Source: an uncultured delta proteobacterium
GTDB lineage: Bacteria; Myxococcota_A; Polyangia; Polyangiales; Polyangiaceae
Reading direction: 5' to 3'
Length of the DNA stretch: 64,000 bases
Assembly (NCBI GenBank): GCA_963850305.1
Contig: CAWKKR010000011.1
Coordinates: 64,001-128,000, forward strand
In this document: one piece after another, positions 57,754-64,000 of the stretch
Layout: every line of letters starts with the position of its first letter
Numbering within the stretch: the first letter of the stretch is position 1
Made by a program: the position numbers and the translations under genes
The notes under the pieces: generated by a model
The model's input: only the letters and a program-made list of their open reading frames with translations
Database searches by the model: none
Told to the model about the DNA's origin: nothing

Positions 57754-57978
57754 CTAACGTATGCGCCTCTTGAAACACCACAGAACGTTATCGGCGTTGC
57801 CGGCCGCTGCGGCCATCTCCCACCCCTCCTTACCGAGCTCGCTCGACGAATGCGCGACCCCGCCCCAGGCGTCGATGCAGCGGTATTCCCACCGGACGGG
57901 AGTACGCGAGGAGGAGTCGGGCATGCACCCCGTCGTCGGCAAAGCCATGAGCGCCATCGGGACGAGAATTCGGTACAT
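57754..57978 (-). CDS. Small lipoprotein (DUF4177-like)
   Basis: Lipobox-like TTGC; 'WEYRC..LGKEGWEM..FKR'. Confidence 0.65.
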   Translation of the reverse strand: MYRILVPMALMALPTTGCMPDSSSRTPVRWEYRCIDAWGGVAHSSSELGKEGWEMAAAAGNADNVLWCFKRRIR

Positions 57979-58049
57979 CGTGACTGGCCTCGGAGTCGTG
58001 CTGAGGAATCTGACCCATATCACCATCCGTGGCATAGTCGCGACGGAAC

Positions 58050-59042
58050 GTGATTCGCTACCGCATCGTACGTGTCTGGGACCGAGCGGTGCACCTCTGG
58101 GCGCAGATTCTTTATCTGAACCCTGCGGCGAGTCTCGCGCGCCACGGGGTGCGGCTCGTGCGCGACGTGGCCTATCGCGATACGGGACGTCGCGGGCATC
58201 TTCTGGACGTGTACGTACCGGAGGGCGCGCATTCGCCGCCGGCGGTGCTCTACGTGCACGGGGGCGGCTTCGCGATGCTCAGCAAAGAGACGCACCGGGT
58301 GATGGCGCTGGAGTTCGCGCGACGAGGCTACGTCGTGTTTCTCGCGAACTATCGCATCGGGCCCACGCACCGCTATCCGGAGCCGCTCGAGGACGTCGTG
58401 GCGGCACTCGGCTGGGTCGCGGACCACGCGCGCGAATACGGGGCGGACGCGAACAAGCTGGTCCTTGCGGGCGAATCCGCGGGTGGCAATCTCGTGACGA
58501 CGCTGGCGTATCTCGCGACGCACCCGACTTCCGAGCCCTTTGCGCGAGCGCTGTACGATCGGGCGCTCCGACTCTCGGCGGTGCTCACGGTCTACGGGTT
58601 CCTGGATCTCCAGAACCTGGAGCGATTCGCGAACCCGCGCCTCCCCTGGTACGTGAAGCGGACGATCCTCGACGCGGCCGCGTCGTACGTCGGTCGCCCC
58701 GTGCGAAAGCGGGCGAAGGAAGCCACGCTCGCAAGCCCGCTCCGCCTCCTTGCGAGCGATCCGCCGGAGGGCGCACGTCCGCTGCCGCCGTTCTTCATCG
58801 CGTGCGGCACCGCGGATCCGCTCCTGGGGGATTCGCGGAAGCTTCACGCGATTCTCGACGCACGCGGCGTCCCCAACGAGCTATCGATTCACCCGGACGA
58901 GATCCACGGCTTCAACGCCATGCTGTGGCGGCGAGAGGCCCGCGCGATGTGGCGCGCCGCGTTCGCGTTCCTGGCGCAATGGGCCCCTTCAGTCTCGCCG
59001 AAGAGCGACAGCTACGATTCGGCTCCTGTTCAGGTTCACTGA
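58050..59042 (+). CDS. Alpha/beta hydrolase (HSL-type esterase)
   Basis: HGGGF, GESAGG, DPL, HGF. Confidence 0.93.
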   Translation: MIRYRIVRVWDRAVHLWAQILYLNPAASLARHGVRLVRDVAYRDTGRRGHLLDVYVPEGAHSPPAVLYVHGGGFAMLSKETHRVMALEFARRGYVVFLANYRIGPTHRYPEPLEDVVAALGWVADHAREYGADANKLVLAGESAGGNLVTTLAYLATHPTSEPFARALYDRALRLSAVLTVYGFLDLQNLERFANPRLPWYVKRTILDAAASYVGRPVRKRAKEATLASPLRLLASDPPEGARPLPPFFIACGTADPLLGDSRKLHAILDARGVPNELSIHPDEIHGFNAMLWRREARAMWRAAFAFLAQWAPSVSPKSDSYDSAPVQVH

Positions 59043-59197
59043 AGCTTTCTGCTTCGGGTGCATCAGCAAGCTGACCGTTGAGCTCGATCGGCTCGATTTC
59101 GCGCGCTGGACTTCGAGCCGGGGCATACTGATCGGTACAGTTATTCCGCGGGCCCCTCGCAGCGGCCGACCTTCACCAGCGGGATTGCAAAAGGCGC

Positions 59198-60337
59198 ATG
59201 AAGCACGTTCTCGTCTCTTCCTTCACGCTCGTGACGGCACTCGCCGCCGCCGGGTGTGGCAGCACCAGTAACAAGCCTTCGGAGACTGCCGACGCCGCCA
59301 CCGGGCCGTGCGGTGTCGGAAAGCCGAGCGGGTTTCCCGGCGACTCGCAGTGCTTGATGCCTCCGGATCCGGACGTCGGTCTGCAGCTCCACGTCGGGCC
59401 GACGGACTACGACGATCCGGATCAGATCTGGATCGTGGAACCGAGCGCCGAGCCAACGCAGAACTACCACATGTACACGCCGAACACCGACGACGTGTAC
59501 TTCTTCGATCAGCAGTACCGGATGCGACCCGGCTCGCATCACATGATCATCTCGACGTCGGGCGACACGACCTCGCCGGAAGGCTGGACGGATTCGGAAG
59601 GCAACATCGTCGGAGCCATCGGCGGCACGCAGCACGAGACCGAAGATTTTCCGCCGGGCGGCGTCGAAGCACCCGAGGACAAGGGCCTCGGACACGAGCT
59701 GGCGGCCCACACGCCCCTCGACATTCAACTCCACTTCATCAACACCCTCGAGGAACCCGTGCTTCGCGAGGTCTGGGTCAACCTTCTCTACAAGCCGAAG
59801 AGCGAGGTGACGACCGTGCTCGGCTACCTCGGTGGATTCGCGCCAATCAACGTGCCCGCGAACTCGGTGGTGACGACCGGTGGCACGTGCACCTACGCAC
59901 AGGCGGTGCTGTCGCCGAACACGACGAGCGAGCGCATCGTCACCCTGTTCGGACACACGCACTCTCACACGACACGCTTCGTCGTGTACCGCGACAACGC
60001 GGATGGCACGACCGACACCGTGTACGACAACTACGATTGGTCGGAAGGGCCGACGTACACGTACAACTCCGTCGTGAAGAACCCCGTTCCGAACCCGACC
60101 GCGAAGCTCGCAGGCGCCACCAGCGGCGATCTGTTGCTGAACCCGGGCGACCAGCTCCGCTACGAGTGCGACATCACGAACGACACCGACCTCGCGCTGC
60201 CATTCGCCGAGCACGTCTACACTGCCGAGATGTGTAACCTGTTCGGCACGGTCGCGAGCCCCGGGTTCCCGTGCTTCGATCTCGCTGCGTTCGAGGCCAG
60301 GCAGAGCGGCGGCGACGCGGGCGTGGACGGCGGCTGA
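59198..60337 (+). CDS. Lipoprotein resembling copper type II (PHM/DBM-like) monooxygenase
   Basis: Lipobox AAGC; HH (SHHMII), QLHF, HTH and EMC copper-ligand pattern. Confidence 0.75.
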   Translation: MKHVLVSSFTLVTALAAAGCGSTSNKPSETADAATGPCGVGKPSGFPGDSQCLMPPDPDVGLQLHVGPTDYDDPDQIWIVEPSAEPTQNYHMYTPNTDDVYFFDQQYRMRPGSHHMIISTSGDTTSPEGWTDSEGNIVGAIGGTQHETEDFPPGGVEAPEDKGLGHELAAHTPLDIQLHFINTLEEPVLREVWVNLLYKPKSEVTTVLGYLGGFAPINVPANSVVTTGGTCTYAQAVLSPNTTSERIVTLFGHTHSHTTRFVVYRDNADGTTDTVYDNYDWSEGPTYTYNSVVKNPVPNPTAKLAGATSGDLLLNPGDQLRYECDITNDTDLALPFAEHVYTAEMCNLFGTVASPGFPCFDLAAFEARQSGGDAGVDGG

Positions 60338-60546
60338 CCGCCCGCGGACGGCCGCACGCCCGTTTTCAGCGGGAAGCGCGCGAGCGTGCCGGGCCTTGCC
60401 GGACCGGCTCTGGCAACCGGCTGGGGCGCGGAAAGGGCGTAAATCCTCCCGGCAAGACCGCGGGGCTGCGGAAACGTGCGGAGCTGCCGCTCATCGGCCT
60501 TGCGTCGCGGATGGAGGCCGGGCGAAGATTCTCGTCGAGTAACCCA

Positions 60547-61167
60547 ATGGCATCTTTCGCTCGCCTCGCGACCTTCTCGTTAGTCCTCCCGCTTTCGGTC
60601 GCTTGCTCGCTGATCGTCGACATCGATCGCAGCAAGATAAAGGCTGGACAAAGCAATGACGCCGGGGCCTACGACGCAAACTTCGGCTCCGGCGGCAGCG
60701 ACGCGAGCAGCGGCTCGGGCGGCAGCGTGAGCGCGGGCGGTTCGGGTACGGGCGGCCTTGGCGCAGGCGGTGCGGGCCAGGGTGGCATGGATTCGGGCCT
60801 GGATTCCGGCAACGGCGGCGGAAACCCGGGCGCGGGCGGCGCAGAGACCGGTGGCATCACGGGTTCCGGTGGCGCGGAGACCGGCGGCATCACGGGCTCC
60901 GGTGGCGCAGAGACCGGTGGCATCACGGGCTCCGGTGGCGCGGAGACCGGCGGCATCACGGGCTCCGGTGGCGCGGAGACGGGCGGCGCCACGGGTTCCG
61001 GCGGCGCGGAGACCGGTGGCGCCACGGGCTCCGGTGGCGCAGAGACCGGCGGTACCACGGGTTCCGGCGGCGCCACGGGCTCCGGTGGCGCAGAGACCGG
61101 CGGCACGTCGAACGACGCGGGGCCTGGCGACGCCGGCCCTGCCGACGCGGGCCACGACGCGAACTGA
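60547..61167 (+). CDS. Gly-rich low-complexity lipoprotein
   Basis: Lipobox VAC; GGAETGGITGS repeats. Confidence 0.75.
   Translation: MASFARLATFSLVLPLSVACSLIVDIDRSKIKAGQSNDAGAYDANFGSGGSDASSGSGGSVSAGGSGTGGLGAGGAGQGGMDSGLDSGNGGGNPGAGGAETGGITGSGGAETGGITGSGGAETGGITGSGGAETGGITGSGGAETGGATGSGGAETGGATGSGGAETGGTTGSGGATGSGGAETGGTSNDAGPGDAGPADAGHDAN
60835..61104 (+). repeat. Coding 33-bp tandem repeat (7 full + partial units)
   Basis: ggYggcgcRgagaccggYggc..cacgggYtcc; variation mostly at third codon positions. Confidence 0.92.
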
Positions 61168-61224
61168 CAGGCCCAAGGTCCACACGAGCCGCGCATCGGC
61201 TTCGCGGGCGCTCGCTCTTCGGCG

Positions 61225-61785
61225 CTATCTCGTGCGACGCCGCAGCAGGCTGATTCCGATCGCGAGCGCGGCGGCACTGGCGAAACCGGCAACGCCGTCC
61301 ACGGGACCGCGCGGACTCACGCGAGCGCAGCCGTAGCTCGGCGTCGCGCCTTCGGCGCAGACCAGCGGCGCGCCCGGCGTCGGATCATCCGGATCGGTGG
61401 GAACGCCCTTGCCTTCGGGATCGCCCGTCGTGAGCTCCAGCATGTCCGGAGTGCCGTCACCGTCCGAGTCGAGCTTGTTCTGCGCGGCTTCATCGAGCGC
61501 GGGAGCCCAGGTGCCCTGGTCCGTTGGGTCGAGACCGTCGGGGAGCTGCGCCTTGAGGTTCATCCCCATTCCGGGATCGCCCGCCGTCGTCGTGCGCAGC
61601 GTATTGAAGCCGCCGCTGTTGTCCCTGTGGCAGATCGTGCACTGCGGCGTGCACGGCATCTCCCAATGCTTCTCCACGAACGCCGGCAGCAACGGGTCCG
61701 CGCGCGCCATCGACGCGCCGAGTGCGAACGCCACGGCCGCGAACGCAGCAGAGAATCTTCGAACGGAGGGGCTGAAGCGCGGCAT
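61225..61785 (-). CDS. Secreted CxxCH (putative monoheme c-type cytochrome) protein with MYXO-CTERM-like tail
   Basis: Signal peptide ending ARA; CTICH; DSDGDG; tail 'YGC..hydrophobic..RRRTR'. Confidence 0.75.
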   Translation of the reverse strand: MPRFSPSVRRFSAAFAAVAFALGASMARADPLLPAFVEKHWEMPCTPQCTICHRDNSGGFNTLRTTTAGDPGMGMNLKAQLPDGLDPTDQGTWAPALDEAAQNKLDSDGDGTPDMLELTTGDPEGKGVPTDPDDPTPGAPLVCAEGATPSYGCARVSPRGPVDGVAGFASAAALAIGISLLRRRTR

Positions 61786-61796
61786 CGGCGGCAGGG

Positions 61797-63038
61797 CTAG
61801 AAGTAGTAGTGGAACTGGGACAGGAAAGTGGCCGGCTCGTCCTGGTGCAGGATGAGATCGAGACGCGCGTCGAAGTGCGTGAAGAAGTACCAGGCCGCCG
61901 TGAACCAGACGCCGAGCTTCGGCTCGCCGGCGCCCGGAGCGGAGGTGCTGCCGGCCGCGGTGGACTTTCCCGCATCGAGGATCTCGCCGGTCAGGATGCC
62001 GTGGAAGCCTTGCACGACCTCGTAATCGGCCTGGAGCATCCCCACGTACCCGACGTTCGTCTGGTTCGAGAGCAATACGTCCGCTTCGGCCAGTATCGCG
62101 AGGGGCTCCACGGGCGCGAAGCGGCCCGTGAGACCATGGGCTTGCCGCGTGTAAGGGACGTCATTCGCCAGGAAGCGATCGTCGGCCGCGTGCGTCACGA
62201 GACTGCTCACGCCGACCGCCGTGTGCGGGTCGATCACGTATTCGCCATAAGCAGCGTAGCCGCGCTCCCGGAACCTGTCGGGACTGATCTGATAGTTGCC
62301 GAGCACGGCCATGAGCTCGGCCCGAAACTGTCCACTGCTGTAGTCGATGGCGGCGCCGTCCTGCTGCTCGCTCTCCCGATCCGTGCGCGTGGCCGCGCGA
62401 ACCCACATCGTGTGCTCGGCCATGCGGATGCCGAAGGGGAGATTGAGGCGCCCGGCGCGAATCAGCACGGCGTCGGACACGTCATAGCCGACCCAGTGCG
62501 TCCGCGAGATCAGGTTCAAGTCCCCGTCCGCGTTGTTCTCCGTGATCTGTGCCGCGCGCGACTCGATCCGTCCCTTGGTCGCATCCCCCACCCCGAGACT
62601 ACCCGACACGCGGAGTCGCTTGAAAAAGCGGAGCTGTCCGTAGACGTCCATCTGCATGGGGAACGAATCGAACTTCCCAGCGGCACCGTCCTTCGGGAAT
62701 TGATAATCCGCGTCCATGACGCGAACGCTGCCGCCGAGGTTCAGCCACGCGGGCTCTTCCAGGCCGAAGAAGAGCATCGCGTTCCGCGTCGGATCCGTGC
62801 TGCCGTCGTAGCGAGACGAGAGGGTCGTGTCGCTGATGACGCGGCCGAAGCCGGTCAGCGTCTCGCCGCCCATCGGATCCGTGTGGCACGAGGCGCATTT
62901 GGCGAACCCGTGACGGATCATCCAGGGATACGCCTCGGACGTCGACGACAGCGACAGCACGACGAGCGCCGCTCCGACGAGAACCCAGGCTCGCATCAGA
63001 CGACCGATCGGATCGCCGATGAAGCGGCGGCGGGACAT
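61797..63038 (-). CDS. Outer-membrane beta-barrel with N-terminal CxxCH (cytochrome-porin fusion candidate)
   Basis: Signal peptide then 'YPWMIRHGFAKCASCH'; amphipathic strands; C-terminal 'QFHYYF'. Confidence 0.8.
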   Translation of the reverse strand: MSRRRFIGDPIGRLMRAWVLVGAALVVLSLSSTSEAYPWMIRHGFAKCASCHTDPMGGETLTGFGRVISDTTLSSRYDGSTDPTRNAMLFFGLEEPAWLNLGGSVRVMDADYQFPKDGAAGKFDSFPMQMDVYGQLRFFKRLRVSGSLGVGDATKGRIESRAAQITENNADGDLNLISRTHWVGYDVSDAVLIRAGRLNLPFGIRMAEHTMWVRAATRTDRESEQQDGAAIDYSSGQFRAELMAVLGNYQISPDRFRERGYAAYGEYVIDPHTAVGVSSLVTHAADDRFLANDVPYTRQAHGLTGRFAPVEPLAILAEADVLLSNQTNVGYVGMLQADYEVVQGFHGILTGEILDAGKSTAAGSTSAPGAGEPKLGVWFTAAWYFFTHFDARLDLILHQDEPATFLSQFHYYF

Positions 63039-63101
63039 GGCCGCTACATTTGCCCCGACACCGGGACCTTCGTCAACGACCGTGGCAGACGCGCCAGCGA
63101 T

Positions 63102-63728
63102 TTACGGCCGGTCCGGGACGTAACGCACGGCGCGACGCAACGCGCCGGTGAGCGGCCATTCGTACCGAACGTCGGCGTCGATGCAGAGTCCGTTCGCCTC
63201 CGGCGGCTCCTCGCGCGCGAGGAGCACCCAGACGCTCGACGGGGCGATTCGTGCTCCCTCGCGTAACCAGAGCGGCGGCGGGAGCGTGGCGCGCGAGACG
63301 GCGACGTCCCAGCCGCCGTCCGCGAGCTTGTCGCTCCGTCCTCGTTCGACCGTGACGCCGGACAGGCGCAGTTTTCCAATCGTGCTCCTCAGGAACGCGA
63401 CGCGGCGAGCGCGCGGCTCGACCAGCGTCATGGTCGCCGCTCTCAGCATCATCGCGAGCACCAGACCGGGCGCACCGGCTCCACTTCCGACGTCGACGAA
63501 GCGCCCCTGGTCGGCGGAGTGTCCGGCGATGACGGCGGCATCCGCGAGCGTGAGATCGACGAGCTCTTCCGCGCTCCGGGCGGCGGTCAGATCAGTCTTT
63601 TGGTTCCAGATCGCGACCTCGTCCAGGTAGAGGACCACCGAGTCCACGAGCTCGGAGGAGACGCGTGTAGGTCCAAGGGCGCGCACCACCAGCGGCCGAA
63701 AGCCGGAGCCCGGGCGCAGGGCGACCAT
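63102..63728 (-). CDS. rsmG: 16S rRNA m7G527 methyltransferase (start uncertain)
   Basis: WN...LTA, DVGSGAGAPG, LVEPR..R..FL, SRA. Confidence 0.88.
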   Translation of the reverse strand: MVALRPGSGFRPLVVRALGPTRVSSELVDSVVLYLDEVAIWNQKTDLTAARSAEELVDLTLADAAVIAGHSADQGRFVDVGSGAGAPGLVLAMMLRAATMTLVEPRARRVAFLRSTIGKLRLSGVTVERGRSDKLADGGWDVAVSRATLPPPLWLREGARIAPSSVWVLLAREEPPEANGLCIDADVRYEWPLTGALRRAVRYVPDRP

Positions 63729-63777
63729 CCGTGAACCTTCTACCGCGGGCGCCCGGAGCGCGGTAGTACCGGGTTCG

Positions 63778-64000
63778 ATGTCCGCGAACGGCGAGCTACC
63801 CCTCGAGCGCCTGGACGCGCTCGTCCGGCGCGTTCGCGGCGACGCGACTCCGCTCGCGTTCGAGGAAATGCCGGGCGGCGCTTCGACGCGACGGTTCTTC
63901 CGCGTGCAGCTCGGGAGCGGACGAACCGGCGTCGCCATGTACGTGCCCGAAGCCGGGAAGCCCGACGAGATCGCCAAGGTGAACGAGTCCGGCAGAAGGT
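63778..64000 (+). CDS. Phosphotransferase (AmgK/APH-like), N-terminal fragment
   Basis: Hand translation contains 'MPGGASTRRFFRV'; truncated by window end. Confidence 0.65.
   Translation, partial: MSANGELPLERLDALVRRVRGDATPLAFEEMPGGASTRRFFRVQLGSGRTGVAMYVPEAGKPDEIAKVNESGRR

Noticed and set aside
54187..57773. Very long overlapping ORFs (54624-57773 +, 54187-56727 -; also 22661-24922 + and 27274-29472 +)
   Set aside because: Arg/Ala-rich or antisense shadow frames of well-supported genes in high-GC DNA

Overview
GC-rich DNA that reads as a myxobacterial (Polyangiales/Sorangiineae-like) chromosome segment. That assignment is inferred from MYXO-CTERM tails, Cys-rich 'CDGxDNDC' repeat proteins, a GltJ/AgmX-like protein and a TraB-like protein. 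It holds about 45 mostly housekeeping or envelope genes, including a methylmalonyl-CoA mutase large subunit, ABC-F, recD2, an M1 peptidase, apbE, fsa, ybeY, HU, argD-argF, a Fur-family regulator and rsmG. Highlights: (1) a complete IS110 element (about 8289-9782) whose left non-coding end has loop sequences matching its own target and donor junctions, i.e. a readable bridge-RNA candidate, inserted at the GTAG of an 11-bp inverted repeat that heads a REP-like element; (2) a dispersed GAA-hairpin repeat family, including a 4 x 70-bp tandem ending in the IS donor motif; (3) a 30-unit, 21-bp higher-order tandem array bracketed by a 122-bp duplication of a gene 3' end; (4) a vWA/Cys-rich MYXO-CTERM protein paired with an FGE-like lipoprotein; (5) a HemD-like/NirB-like fusion, a P1B-ATPase lacking its catalytic Asp, and a CxxCH-porin plus surface cytochrome pair. 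Six genes carry single-base frameshifts that look like systematic sequencing errors. All calls come from reading motifs by eye; no database searches were run.
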